Shown: positions 21,181-32,335, numbered from the stretch's first letter. The stretch is 64,000 bases of DNA from an uncultured Clostridiaceae bacterium (GCA_950096965.1 CATNCV010000001.1:323-64322); one strand, 5' to 3'. A program made the numbers and translations. Notes: a model not told the origin generated them from the letters alone.

Positions 21181-22053
21181 TTATAACTTTTCAATTTCTT
21201 CTTTTGCTAAATTAGTTATTTTTTGAATTTCCTCAATGGTATAATTTTGTTTTTTCATTTTTTTCGCTATTTCTATTTTCTCTTGTTTAGAGCCTTGTTC
21301 AATACCCTGCTCAATGCCCTGCTCAATACCCTGTTCAATACCTTGTTCGAAACCATCACTTAAACCTTTTTCAAAACCACGTTCATATCCTGTATCTAAT
21401 AAATTATTTTGGTCTAATATGTACTTTTCTCTTAAATGTGCTAAATATTGTTCGTGTTCGTTTTCACTTATTTCTTCTAATATTTCTTTTGCCTTTTTTA
21501 CTTGTTCATTTGCTTTACTCATATCAAAATCACCTACTCCATTGATAAAATTAACCCAAATATCAAGTTCTTTATTTTCTGAGAATTCTTTTACTTTGGA
21601 TAATTCTATTATATGAATTTCCATAGCATCTGTCAAGATTATATCAGAATAATCTTCTTCTCTAAAATTCCATTTTGTTTTGTATTTTTTTATTGGTTTA
21701 AGTTTCTCAATATTAAAGTCAGTAAATAATATTGCAATACACTTATTTATTTCTTTATACTTTTGACCTTTTCTAATATTTTGACCATATATTTTACTTA
21801 AATAAAAAAGTAATCTTTTTTCTATATTTTTTTGGTCAATCACTTGCATTTCAATATTACAGTCAATATTATTGTTTAATTTTGCTCTAATATCTAATAT
21901 GCCTAGTTTGTCATCAAAAACTTCTCTTTCAAGAATTTCTTTACAATTAAGTTCCACTTTATTTATTGGTTCTTTTAATACAGCACTTAATAAGTCTTTT
22001 GTAATTTCTTCATTCCCAGTAAATCCGGAAAATACGCTTAAAAGTATAGTCAT
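21181..22053 (-). CDS. Rpn/YhgA-like recombination-promoting nuclease, putative transposase (PD-(D/E)XK, Transposase_31 family)
   Basis: 290 aa. C-terminal tandem GFEQGIEQGIEQGIEQGIEQG repeat is characteristic of the Rpn family. N-terminal ILDIRA.. region is PDDEXK-like. Confidence 0.6.
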   Translation of the reverse strand: MTILLSVFSGFTGNEEITKDLLSAVLKEPINKVELNCKEILEREVFDDKLGILDIRAKLNNNIDCNIEMQVIDQKNIEKRLLFYLSKIYGQNIRKGQKYKEINKCIAILFTDFNIEKLKPIKKYKTKWNFREEDYSDIILTDAMEIHIIELSKVKEFSENKELDIWVNFINGVGDFDMSKANEQVKKAKEILEEISENEHEQYLAHLREKYILDQNNLLDTGYERGFEKGLSDGFEQGIEQGIEQGIEQGIEQGSKQEKIEIAKKMKKQNYTIEEIQKITNLAKEEIEKL

Positions 22054-22306
22054 TTTTTAACTTTAATAATTCGATAATATCAACTCCTTTATGTATAAAA
22101 TTTTAAAAAATTTTTTGGGAATATTTTAGGAAAGAATATCCTAAAAGTTTTGAATAAATACTTAAAACACTAAACAAAATGATATTAACATAAAACAAAG
22201 AAAATTGCAATAGCAAAAAGTAAGAAGTTTTGTCGAATACAATAAATAGCAGATATTCACCCTATTTTACTATTTTCATACAATATAAAAAAAGGCAGGT
22301 GAAAAA

Positions 22307-23542
22307 ATGAGGAAAAGAATATTTAAAATATTTATAAGTGTACTAATAATATTAGCAGCTCCAATGTACATATTAATAACGCCAGTATATGCTTTTTCTC
22401 CTTGGGGTGATGTTATATATCAAGGAATAGATGTAAGTGGCTGGCAAGGAAATATTAATTATGCAGAAGTAAAAAATAGCGGAATTGAAATAGTATATAT
22501 GAAATCAAGTGAAGGAAGAAGTTTTGTAGACCCATATTTTAACCAAAACTACACAAATGCAAAAGCAAATGGTTTAAAGGTAGGTTTTTACCATTATTTA
22601 GTAGCAAGAAGTAATGAAGAAGCAATAGAAGAGGCGAGGTTCTTCGTTTCAGTAATTAGTGGAAAAGAGCCAGATTGCAGACTAGCTATGGATTTTGAAA
22701 GCTTTGGAAATTTATCAGTAGAAGAAATAAATCAAATAGGAATAACTTTTATGACAGCAGTACAAAACCTAAGTGGAAAAGAAGTAATAATATATAGTAA
22801 TACAAATGATGCAAGAAATGTATTTTCAGGAGAACTTACAAATTATCCATTATGGGTAGCGCAATACGAAGTGCGTGAGCCAACTCCAAATGGAAAATGG
22901 AGTACATGGGCAGGTTGGCAATATACAAGTACAGGAGAAGTAGCAGGAATAAGTGGGCATGTAGATAGGAATAAATTTACAGAGCAAGTATTACTAAATA
23001 CAAGTGGAACAATACCTTTACCAAATAATTCAGATAAACCAGTAGCAGGTGGAACAACTACTATAACAGTACAAAGAGGAGATACACTAAGTAGAATTGC
23101 TCTAGAATATAACACAACAGTAGCAAGATTAGTAGAATTAAATAATATAGCAAATCCAAACCTAATATATACAGGTCAAACATTAATAGTACCAAGTGGT
23201 GAAACACCAGATGACACTGATGGAAACTCAACCTCAGGTCAAACCGTATACATTGTAAAAGCAGGAGACACTCTAAACCAAATAGCAGCAAGTTATGGGG
23301 TGACAGCAAGAGCAATAGCAGTAGAAAATGGAATAAGAAATATAAACCTAATATATGTAGGTCAAAGACTAATAATACCAACAAATAGATACGATCTAAA
23401 CCACACACTATATAAAATAAAATGGGGAGATACACTATACAGTATATCAAGAAGATATGGAGTACCAATAGCAACAATAGTAAGACTAAATAGAATACAA
23501 AACCCAAACCTAATCTATGCAGGTCAAACGATAAGAATTTAA
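22307..23542 (+). CDS. GH25 lysozyme (muramidase) with three C-terminal LysM domains
   Basis: Signal/TM segment, then [25 protein letters not shown] (GH25), then three ~45-aa LysM repeats ([13 protein letters not shown].., [13 protein letters not shown].., [13 protein letters not shown]..). Confidence 0.85.
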   Translation: MRKRIFKIFISVLIILAAPMYILITPVYAFSPWGDVIYQGIDVSGWQGNINYAEVKNSGIEIVYMKSSEGRSFVDPYFNQNYTNAKANGLKVGFYHYLVARSNEEAIEEARFFVSVISGKEPDCRLAMDFESFGNLSVEEINQIGITFMTAVQNLSGKEVIIYSNTNDARNVFSGELTNYPLWVAQYEVREPTPNGKWSTWAGWQYTSTGEVAGISGHVDRNKFTEQVLLNTSGTIPLPNNSDKPVAGGTTTITVQRGDTLSRIALEYNTTVARLVELNNIANPNLIYTGQTLIVPSGETPDDTDGNSTSGQTVYIVKAGDTLNQIAASYGVTARAIAVENGIRNINLIYVGQRLIIPTNRYDLNHTLYKIKWGDTLYSISRRYGVPIATIVRLNRIQNPNLIYAGQTIRI

Positions 23543-23707
23543 TATAAATAGTAGTAAATAAGGACTTAAGTTTTTATGTGGAAAAGCTTAAGTTCTCTTA
23601 TTGACAACTATTACTAAAAAATGTATAATATTAACATAAAATTAACATTTGAAAATCAAATTTTATAAAAATGTAACTGTAAACAATAATTTGTTAGGAG
23701 GTATAAT

Positions 23708-24184
23708 ATGTCATTTAAAGATTATGAGAAATTGGATGTAACTAAAGAAAGCGCATCAAAAGAGGAACTTAGAAAGTTAAAGACAAAGCATGGAGTAGAT
23801 TGTAAATATGGTACGAATATACAAGAAATGGTAGTATGTTTAGTAATAACACTTATACTTACTGTTGCTATTATACTGCTATATGGTAATGTTATAAAGT
23901 TGGGTATTGACTTTATTTTGGGTATGTTTATTGCATATTTTGGTATGTTATCAATACCAGTTGTTTCTATCAGTCGCATTATTCAAAAAATAAATACAAA
24001 ATGGTATATTTGTGTAGCACTACTTGGAATAGATACATCAATACTTATGACATCTTTGATAATAGCAAATATAGTTCCGATTAGCAGTACATTACAAACT
24101 ATAATGCCTATTATAGGAATAATTACACTTGTACTATTTTTACCTTTAGTATATATGGTGATTAAATTTGAACCAAAAAAATAA
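23708..24184 (+). CDS. hypothetical integral membrane protein
   Basis: 158 aa with four predicted TM helices. Confidence 0.45.
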   Translation: MSFKDYEKLDVTKESASKEELRKLKTKHGVDCKYGTNIQEMVVCLVITLILTVAIILLYGNVIKLGIDFILGMFIAYFGMLSIPVVSISRIIQKINTKWYICVALLGIDTSILMTSLIIANIVPISSTLQTIMPIIGIITLVLFLPLVYMVIKFEPKK

Positions 24185-24547
24185 GATCTATAAAAAGTCA
24201 GCACAATTGTGTTGGCTTTTATTCTTCGTATAAAATATTCAACTTATTTTGTAGAAATAGATAAATTAGTTAATGCAAGACAACTACATATGAAACTTGA
24301 AGCAAAAGGCAACTTGCAAATTAGATAAAACAAAGAATAGAACAGTAAGATTTTATAGAAAATATAGAATTTATTTACTTTAACAAATTTGTTAAAGTAA
24401 AAGAAAAATGAAATATAATAAGAAATATATTGAAAAATGAAATGAAATGTGTTAACATAAATATATAAAAGGTTTTAAATTTCTGTGACAAAAACTAAAT
24501 AAGAAGCTATTAACAATTAAGCAAGCCAAATGGCAGGAGGAAAGCAC

Positions 24548-24961
24548 ATGTGTGAAAGAAATGAAGTAACTGTTAAATTACCATATCAAATTGGTGAGGT
24601 TGTAAGAACATACCAAAATGGCCAGAGGTTTACAGATAAAATACGGCAGTATGTAGTAAGCGATAAAATAAATGTTATTTTAGACGTAAACTGTGAAGAA
24701 AACAACCAAATGCCACCAGTTGAACTCGAAGAATTCAAAAGAAGGTGGGAAGCAGAAGGAAGAAGACAGCCTATGCTAATCGAACTGCCATATGCAGTTA
24801 ACACAGCCGTAAAGAATGGAGAAATTAACGGCAGGATATTCAGTTATACAATAGGGAATGAGAAAACTACAGTTATTGTTCAGTTGAAGAAAGAAAGAAG
24901 GTCAAAGCTTTCAGATCCAATTGAATTAGAAGAATTTAAAAGAAACTGGAATAAAGCATAG
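24548..24961 (+). CDS. hypothetical protein with an internal duplicated motif
   Basis: PVELEEFKRRWEAEG and PIELEEFKRNWNKA are repeated. RBS GGCAGGAGG. Locally higher GC than the neighbouring sequence. Confidence 0.45.
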   Translation: MCERNEVTVKLPYQIGEVVRTYQNGQRFTDKIRQYVVSDKINVILDVNCEENNQMPPVELEEFKRRWEAEGRRQPMLIELPYAVNTAVKNGEINGRIFSYTIGNEKTTVIVQLKKERRSKLSDPIELEEFKRNWNKA

Positions 24962-25150
24962 CTAAGAAAAAGTACAAAGGATTTTAAATAAAGTCCTTTG
25001 TACTTTTTCTAATTTTTTATATACTAGGATAGCACGTTGTTTTAAGTTGAAATTGCATGGGGAGCTAGTAGGATGTCAGTGTGACAAAGTCACCGTTACT
25101 CTAATTAATTAGTAAGTAACTGAATTTTAAAATATAAATTAAGTATTAAA

Positions 25151-25609
25151 TTAGACTTTTTCATCATGTACTTTCTTAATTAGCAAATTTCCATTGAATT
25201 TGTTTTCTACTATTTTACAAATTATGTCTTGAAAAATATTGCTTCGATTTTGGTTAAGCAAATTGTCAGGTGTAATTAAATTAATAATATTTACCTTTAA
25301 GTCATAATTTCTATTGTGTAAGCAATCAAAAATAGCAGATTCAACTAACCAATCGCTAGCATATAGTTCAAACATATGAATTAAACCATCTTCAGAAATA
25401 CTAAAGGTTTCTAAAAAATCTTCGCATACTAAATCAGTATAAGTATCTTTAAAAACTTGTAGAATTTCATTTCTATACTCTTTTATAAAAGATGTAAAGG
25501 AACTAAAAATATCATTGTGTTGAATAATAAAATTGTAAGCGTTAAAGCCGTAGTCAATATAAGAAAAAGGTCCATCTTTTAGTGCAAAGTCAAATTTTTT
25601 TCTAATCAT
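25151..25609 (-). CDS. hypothetical protein
   Basis: 152-aa ORF. No motif recognised. Confidence 0.45.
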   Translation of the reverse strand: MIRKKFDFALKDGPFSYIDYGFNAYNFIIQHNDIFSSFTSFIKEYRNEILQVFKDTYTDLVCEDFLETFSISEDGLIHMFELYASDWLVESAIFDCLHNRNYDLKVNIINLITPDNLLNQNRSNIFQDIICKIVENKFNGNLLIKKVHDEKV

Positions 25610-25778
25610 AATTATACCTCCTAAAATTATTTTAAAGGGTTACAGTTACATAATTTCAAAATATTATATCACGATTTAACAAAAAAACAAGAAAAAATGA
25701 TAAAAGTTTACACAAAATAATAAAAAATACCATAAAATGTAATATGAAATGAATTTTCAAATTAAATATATTCCTAAA

Positions 25779-25877
25779 AGGGACGTTATACCCAAAAAGG
25801 GCAGATACCCAAAAGGAGCAGATACCCCAAAAGGGACAGATACCCCAATTGGAAACGTCCCCAATTGGAATGGGAAC
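25779..25877. repeat. array of four ~17-bp direct repeats (GGG(N)CAGATACCCCAAAA) merging into copy B of the GGAAACGTCCCCAAT..GGGAAC inverted-repeat element
   Basis: Direct reading of GGGACGTTATACCCAAAAAGGGCAGATACCCAAAAGGAGCAGATACCCCAAAAGGGACAGATACCCCAATTGGAAACGTCCCCAATTGGAATGGGAAC, immediately upstream of the ABC ATPase gene. Confidence 0.5.
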
Positions 25878-25897
25878 AATAAAAAGGTAGGTGCGAA

Positions 25898-26642
25898 ATG
25901 AAAGAAGTTTTAAAAGTGCAAAATGTATCAAAAAAATATCAAGCAGACAATGGAGAAGTTGAAGCATTAAAAGACATAAGTTTTTCTATTGAAGAAGGCG
26001 AGTTTGTAAGCATTATTGGACCAAGCGGATGTGGTAAATCTACAATACTTTCAATTATTGCAGGTTTAGAAGAAAAAAGCTCTCGGAAATATAGAAATAG
26101 ATGGACAAATAGGTTATATGCTTCAAAAAGATAGCCTTTTGGAATGGCTAACCATTTATAGAAATGTAATGTTTGGATTGGAAATACAAAATTTGAAAAC
26201 CACAGAAAATGTACAATATGTGGATAACCTACTAAAAAAATATGGTTTATATGAATTTAAAGATAAGTATCCAAACCAGTTATCAGGAGGAATGAGGCAA
26301 AGAGCAGCATTAATTAGAACATTAGCTATAAAACCAAAAATATTACTATTAGATGAAGCCTTTTCAGCTTTAGACTACCAAACTAGAATAATGGTAACAA
26401 AAGATATTTACGATATTTTAAGAAATGAAGGTATTACATCACTAATAGTAACACACGATATTTCAGAAGCAATAAGTATGTCAGACAGAGTTATAGTATT
26501 AAGTAATAGACCAGCCACAGTAAAAGAAATTCATAAAATAGAATTTGAAATGGAAAATAGAACACCATTAAACTGCCGAGAAAGCCCTAAATTTAGCAAA
26601 TATTTTGATACTATTTGGAAAGGACTAGATGTACATGAATAA
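25898..26642 (+). pseudogene. ABC transporter ATP-binding protein (NitT/TauT/ThiZ-type), disrupted by a +1 frameshift at ~26084
   Basis: Walker [10 protein letters not shown], signature LSGGMRQR and Walker B LLLDEAFSALD span two frames. Frame 1 ends [12 protein letters not shown]. The other frame continues [21 protein letters not shown]. Removing the C in TCT[C]GGA joins them. Confidence 0.8.
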
Positions 26643-27436
26643 AGAAAAAAATATATCACAGGAAAGAAAAAAATACTTAAGAAAACAAATAAATAATAAA
26701 ATTTTAGTAAAAGTAGTTCAATTTAGTATTATTATTGGACTTATATTATTATGGGAAATACTTGCCAATAAAGGAATTATAGACAGCTTTATTATGAGTC
26801 AGCCTTCTAGAATAGTAAAAACATTTTTAAACTTATCACAAAATAATTTATTAGAACATATAAAAATAACATGTTTAGAAACACTAATAGGATTTTTACT
26901 AGGAACTTTTTTAGGTGCAGTTATAGCAATTATGTTATGGTGGTCAAAGTTCTTATCAAAAGTTGCAGAACCATTTTTAGTAGTGCTAAATAGCCTTCCA
27001 AAGGTAGCTCTTCGGGCCAGTTATAATTATATGGGTAGGAGCAGGAATGCCAGCAATTATAACAATGGCACTAATGATTTCATTAATAGTAACCATATTA
27101 GAAATACTAAATGGTTTCTTAAATACAGATAAAGAACTAATAAAAATGGCACAAACATTTCATGCAAATAAATTTCAAATTTTATCAAGAATAATAATAC
27201 CAGCTAATAAAGCAACATTTTTTAATTCACTAAAAGTAAACATAGGACTTTCACTAGTAGGAGTTATAACAGGAGAATTTTTAGTTTCAAAGGCAGGACT
27301 TGGATATTTAATAGTATATGGAGGTCAAGTATTCCAATTAGACTTAGTAATGACAAGCGTTATAATATTAGCAATTGTAGCATATGTAATGTATCAAGCA
27401 GTTGTTATATTAGAAAAATTTTTAATTAAAAAATAA
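26629..27436 (+). pseudogene. ABC transporter permease (NitT/TauT family), disrupted by a +1 frameshift at ~27013
   Basis: ..LNSLPKVAL then RASYNYMGRS (out of frame). The other frame reads GPVIIIWVGAGMPAIITMALMI.., which is the conserved permease EAA-loop region. Removing the C in CTT[C]GGG joins them. Confidence 0.8.
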
Positions 27437-27442
27437 AAACAG

Positions 27443-27487
27443 GTTAATCTAAATTACTTTATATATTAATTTAGATTAACCTTTTTG
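27443..27487 (+). terminator. intrinsic terminator
   Basis: AGGTTAATCTAAATT..AATTTAGATTAACCTTTTTG is a long perfect stem. Confidence 0.6.
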
Positions 27488-27775
27488 TATATTAGGAAAG
27501 TATTCTATTTTTAGTTAAAATGCAAAAACAATTATTCAAGCAATATCGAGTTAGAAATAAGTTCTATTAATAAAATATATTAATTTAAAGATAATAAATT
27601 ATAGTAATATTATTTTAAATTTACATAAATTAAACAAAAAGTATTGCAATGCTTCACATAATGTGATAGAATATGTACCATAAAATTAAAAGGAGGTTAT
27701 AAAAAAGGAATATGGACTAATATTTCTTAAAAGCAACTATAAACCAAGCATCTTAAGAAGAAAAGGAGAAAAAAT

Positions 27776-28864
27776 ATGGGATGGATAGTAGCATTAGTAT
27801 TAGCATTAATTGTTTGTAGAACTGTATTTTCATTTGTAATAAGTTGGCTTCGGAATGAAAAGACAAAGTATGATAAAGCCAAAAGTGAAACAAGTAGCAA
27901 TATGAGTTATGAACGTAGAAGATATGAGGAAAAGAGTAATGAAGTAGAGCAACAAGAAAAGAAAATTCTTATACTAAGTAAAATTGTTTCTATTTCTATA
28001 TGTGCTCTTATTGCAATAACTACGATTTTATCCTCAGTATATGTAATTGGAGAACAGAATTTGGCAATTGTTACAACATTTGGTAAGGCAGAGGCTGTTT
28101 CAGGTACAGGAATGCATTTTAAAATTCCTTTTATCCAAAATGTGAAAAAATTTGACAGTACCATTCAAGGCTTAGCAATTGGATACCAAGAAGAAGACAA
28201 TGAAAGCCAAGAAATGGATAGTCTTATGATTACCACAGATTTCAACTTTGTTAATGTGGACTTTTATGTGGAATACAGAATAAATGATGCTATTATGTAT
28301 GAATATGGTTCTTCAGATCCAGTAGGAATTCTAAGAAACATTTCACAAGCATCAATAAGAAACACAATAGGTTCCTATAAAGTTGATGATGTACTAACAA
28401 CAGGAAAAAGTGAAATTCAGTCTGTAATTAAAGCTGACATTATAAAGGAACTTGAAAAGAGGCAAACTGGGTTAATGTTAGTAAATGTTACTATACAAGA
28501 CGCAGAGCCGCCAACAACTGAGGTTTCAGATGCATTCAAAAGTGTGGAAAATGCTAAACAACAGGCTGATACCAACCGCAATGATGCTGAGAAATATCAA
28601 AATGAGCAGCTACCAAAAGCAAAAGCAGAGGCAGATGCAATTATACAAGAGGCAAATGCAAAGAAACAGGAAAGGATTGACGAAGCTAATGGTGAAGTAG
28701 CTCTTTTCAATGCAATGTATGAAGAGTATATAAAAGATCCAAACACTTCCAAAATCAGAATATATTATGAAACGATGGAAGAATTGATGCCTAATTTACA
28801 AATTATAGTAAATGGCACAAATTCAGAAATTAAACCTATAATTGTTCAGCAGGAGGGAAAATAA
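27776..28864 (+). CDS. hflK: SPFH/band-7 family protein, HflK-like
   Basis: N-terminal TM plus SPFH domain. It is adjacent to, and translationally overlaps, its HflC-like partner. Confidence 0.65.
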   Translation: MGWIVALVLALIVCRTVFSFVISWLRNEKTKYDKAKSETSSNMSYERRRYEEKSNEVEQQEKKILILSKIVSISICALIAITTILSSVYVIGEQNLAIVTTFGKAEAVSGTGMHFKIPFIQNVKKFDSTIQGLAIGYQEEDNESQEMDSLMITTDFNFVNVDFYVEYRINDAIMYEYGSSDPVGILRNISQASIRNTIGSYKVDDVLTTGKSEIQSVIKADIIKELEKRQTGLMLVNVTIQDAEPPTTEVSDAFKSVENAKQQADTNRNDAEKYQNEQLPKAKAEADAIIQEANAKKQERIDEANGEVALFNAMYEEYIKDPNTSKIRIYYETMEELMPNLQIIVNGTNSEIKPIIVQQEGK

Positions 28865-28865
28865 T

Positions 28866-29777
28866 ATGAAGATAAAGGGAAAAATAGTAGCTGTTGTAAT
28901 AACTGTAGTTTTTGCTGTTATATTTTTGAGTAGTACATATACACTAAAAGAAAATGAATTTGGTTTAATAAAGCAGTTTGGCAAGGTTGTAGAAACTAAG
29001 CAGGACGCAGGACTATACTTTAAAAAACCATTTATACAAAGTGTAATGAATCTACCAAAAGATGAACAATTATATGACTTAGCATCCTCTGATGTAATAA
29101 CATCAGACAAAAAGTCAATGATTGCCGATTGTTATGTCGTTTGGCAAATTATAGACCCACTAAAGTACTACCAAACACTTAAGTCTACATCTAATGCAGA
29201 AAGTCGAATAGACATTTTAGTGTATAATTCTATGAAAAATGTAATTTCATCGACAACACAAGATGAAGTTATTAGAGGAAAGGATGGTACACTCTCTGCA
29301 AAAGTAATGGAAAGCTTAAGTGGAAATTCTATAGAGCAATATGGAATCTCTATCAATTTGGTGGAAATGAAACTATTGGATTTGCCTGAAGATAACAAAG
29401 GTGCTGTGTACAGTCGTATGATTTCTGAAAGAAATAAAATAGCAGCACAGTATACAGCAGAAGGAGAGTCAGAGGCACAGCAAATCCGAAATGATGTTGA
29501 TTACCAGGTAAGAATAGTGCTATCAAATGCACAAAAAGAAGCTAAAACAATAATTGCTGAAGGTGAGGCAGAGTATATGAAAATTATACAAGATGCATAT
29601 AACTCACCAGATAGAAAAGAGTTTTATCAGTTTTTGAGAGGCTTAGAAGCAACAAAGACATCACTGTCTGAAGGAACTATGATAATAATTGATGATGAGT
29701 ACAAAATTATTGATAACTTAAAGCTTTCAGAAGGAGAGCAAAAAGTTATAGCTCCAACTCAAGATGTAGAAGAATAA
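28866..29777 (+). CDS. hflC: SPFH/band-7 family protein, HflC-like
   Basis: N-terminal TM, SPFH domain, and the C-terminal coiled-coil typical of HflC. RBS GGAGGG. Confidence 0.65.
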   Translation: MKIKGKIVAVVITVVFAVIFLSSTYTLKENEFGLIKQFGKVVETKQDAGLYFKKPFIQSVMNLPKDEQLYDLASSDVITSDKKSMIADCYVVWQIIDPLKYYQTLKSTSNAESRIDILVYNSMKNVISSTTQDEVIRGKDGTLSAKVMESLSGNSIEQYGISINLVEMKLLDLPEDNKGAVYSRMISERNKIAAQYTAEGESEAQQIRNDVDYQVRIVLSNAQKEAKTIIAEGEAEYMKIIQDAYNSPDRKEFYQFLRGLEATKTSLSEGTMIIIDDEYKIIDNLKLSEGEQKVIAPTQDVEE

Positions 29778-29781
29778 AAAT

Positions 29782-29813
29782 TAGGAACCCACAAAATTGT
29801 GGGTTCCTTTTTG
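29782..29813 (+). terminator. intrinsic terminator
   Basis: GGAACCCACAAAATTGTGGGTTCCTTTTTGGG. Confidence 0.55.
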
Positions 29814-29821
29814 GGAAAATT

Positions 29822-30034
29822 TTATTGAAAATAAGCCCAAACATAAGCATCTGCATATTCTTCGATATCTTTAAAAATTCCTTGAGAGATATCGTATTTT
29901 ACTCGATTAATAGCACTTTTAGCAAGTTTATAACACATTCCTTCAGGAATTTCACCACTAGATTTTTCATAAATAAGTAAAGTTAATTTGTTTTTATAAT
30001 CTTCATAAAAAGTATTGCTATTATTAGTATCCAT
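29822..30034 (-). CDS. small hypothetical protein
   Basis: ~70-aa ORF with a GGAGG RBS before MDTNNSN. Confidence 0.3.
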   Translation of the reverse strand: MDTNNSNTFYEDYKNKLTLLIYEKSSGEIPEGMCYKLAKSAINRVKYDISQGIFKDIEEYADAYVWAYFQ

Positions 30035-30101
30035 ATAATAACCTCCATTCAAACATTAGAAAAATAAATTAATAAAGTTACTTTATAGAATATAACAGTT
30101 A

Positions 30102-31931
30102 CTACATTCCTTCAACATTTAATTCCTCTGTTCCCTCAAGAACAAATTTACCATCTTTAATAATAAAAACTTTGTTACTATCACCAATAGCCACAATATC
30201 ACCTAATTCATAGTATGGAATAGTAATGTCAGTATGACAGCCAAAATATGAATTTTCATCTCTCTTAATAGAAACTTCATTATCCTTAGCAACTACTTCT
30301 TTGCCATCAGGGTTAAACACTTTTGTTTCCTCATCCATAGAATAACAAGTGTCACCAAATGCAAAATGAGGGCCAGTTTTTTCGGCTATAAGAATATCAA
30401 GCTTGTCATTAATATTATACTTGTTACCCATTACATAAGCAGTAGTATTTGTACCAATTGCAAATTCACCCATAGGTAAGGTTTTATGGTCATACAGCAA
30501 ATGTTCATTAATATATTCAGAATTTTCCTTTTCAGTAGTATAATTTTTACAACTATACTCTTTAATAAACCCATCTTCAATTAATAAGCATAAATCAGTA
30601 AACTTCCAACCATTAAGGTAAATTTGGGAAACATGAAGAGTACCATTTGTTCCTTTTAAAACAGGAGAAGTGAAAACTTCACCAACTGGAACATTTACAT
30701 CTGCGGTACAATTTTCAAACTTAGTTTGAGTATTAGGCTTTTCAAGTTTAGCAAGGCAAATGCATAAATCAGTTTTGTTACCATTTTTACCAGTTACATG
30801 AACTGTATCAGACTTATCAAGAACATCAATAATTTTCTGATGTATATTTTGATATTTTTCATTATCAAGAGTATTAACAACTATTGTATCATCAAAAATA
30901 CGCTCAAAGTCTTTTCCGATTTCAGGGCAAGGGTAGGAAATAATAGTAAAAGAGTTTTGACTCCTAATATAGTCCATATATAAAACAGAATACTTAGTAC
31001 CAAATGAACTATTTAATTCAGCAAGGTATTTATCTTTACTAAAAATTTCGGAACCATTTTTGGGAATGAAACGACTTTCACCAAAAGTTTCAATATAAAT
31101 AGGACCTGCATATTTCATAAAAGTATTTACATTGTCTTTTAGAGCTGACTCAAAGCAAAAAAGGTAATTTTTAACATAATCATCAGAAAGATAAAAATTG
31201 TAATCATATCTATGGTTATAATTCAACTGCTTATCAAATTCAGAATTATCATATAACCTAAGAACAACATCCAATTTTCCTTCTAATAATTCGCAAACTC
31301 TTTTAGCAACTTTTTCAAAGCCCATAGGGTAAAATAAACAAACATAGGTCTTTCTAGAAATGTCAGTTCCTGCACTACCAATTTTATTTAAGCCTCTTAA
31401 AAATGAATGCATTGTACAACTAGCAATAGAAGTAATTTTTTCATCAGCTACTTTATTAAAATAGTCAACAATTTGCATATGATTTTTAGTTACTTTTTTA
31501 CCATAATAGTATAAATAATGATAAGAATTTAAGTCTGAGCTAAAAACTACATTTCTAGTAGAATTATGAACAACAGTATTGTTTGCAATAATGTTATTAA
31601 CAGTAAGAATGACATTGCTACATCTTTCCAAAGTAATATTTTTTAAACTACTAATATCTGATACTTCAGACAAACTATTTAAAAATTCTAAAATATCATC
31701 ACATTGGTTATCTTTTAAACAAAAATGTGAATATGAGCCTAAAATCATATAAGATAAAAATGCACTAAATTTAGAATCTTCACAATCATTCAAATTAAGT
31801 ATAGGGCTAGCGTAAAATTGTTCCATTTTAAGCTGATGAGATTGTAATTCCTGTAAAGAAAGACTAGAAAAATCAGTATTATAAATCATTTCATAAAAGT
31901 CCTTTACTTCCTTAATAAAGTTAGTAATCAT
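30102..31931 (-). CDS. aminopeptidase-like protein (C-terminal region resembles M29/AmpS thermophilic metalloprotease) with a long N-terminal extension
   Basis: 609 aa. C-terminal GEFAIGTN..GPHFAFGD..GCHTDITIP resembles the M29 aminopeptidase core. The family assignment is tentative. Confidence 0.4.
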   Translation of the reverse strand: MITNFIKEVKDFYEMIYNTDFSSLSLQELQSHQLKMEQFYASPILNLNDCEDSKFSAFLSYMILGSYSHFCLKDNQCDDILEFLNSLSEVSDISSLKNITLERCSNVILTVNNIIANNTVVHNSTRNVVFSSDLNSYHYLYYYGKKVTKNHMQIVDYFNKVADEKITSIASCTMHSFLRGLNKIGSAGTDISRKTYVCLFYPMGFEKVAKRVCELLEGKLDVVLRLYDNSEFDKQLNYNHRYDYNFYLSDDYVKNYLFCFESALKDNVNTFMKYAGPIYIETFGESRFIPKNGSEIFSKDKYLAELNSSFGTKYSVLYMDYIRSQNSFTIISYPCPEIGKDFERIFDDTIVVNTLDNEKYQNIHQKIIDVLDKSDTVHVTGKNGNKTDLCICLAKLEKPNTQTKFENCTADVNVPVGEVFTSPVLKGTNGTLHVSQIYLNGWKFTDLCLLIEDGFIKEYSCKNYTTEKENSEYINEHLLYDHKTLPMGEFAIGTNTTAYVMGNKYNINDKLDILIAEKTGPHFAFGDTCYSMDEETKVFNPDGKEVVAKDNEVSIKRDENSYFGCHTDITIPYYELGDIVAIGDSNKVFIIKDGKFVLEGTEELNVEGM

Positions 31932-32335
31932 ATATATAACCTCCTATAATAAAATTATATTGTTAGTAAGTAATATAACATAATATTATATATATTGCAA
32001 TAAATTTATAATGTTTTTACAAAATAACGACTTTAAATGCTACACTTCAGAGCTTAGAAGTATTCTATTTTTACCTTAGGAGGGCAATTACTTAGGAATG
32101 CATAAGGAAATTTACCCAATTATGTGCTATATACATATACCTTAAATTTTGTAGTAGTATCAAAATGAGTATTTGACACCAATTGCACATTTCGATAAGA
32201 ACAAATTACTAAATTTTTTATAAAGTAATATTTAAACATTTAAATTCCAATATTAAGTTACGTTTACAAAAAAAATGAATACAATATATAAGAATGCAAA
32301 TAGCATCAAAAACAAAAAGAAAGGGGAATACAAAA

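Noticed and set aside
25779-25877. Possible CRISPR array
   Set aside because: The units are ~17 bp with no unique spacers. It lacks CRISPR architecture and any nearby cas genes.
25640-25897. TPP riboswitch upstream of the NMT1/THI5-type ABC transporter
   Set aside because: No CTGAGA or ACCTGATCTGGATAATGCCAGCG-like thi-box elements are present.
27840-27860. CTTCGGAAT in the hflK-like gene as a C-insertion site
   Set aside because: The frame is intact as written (L-R-N) and continues for 362 aa. Removing the C creates a premature stop.
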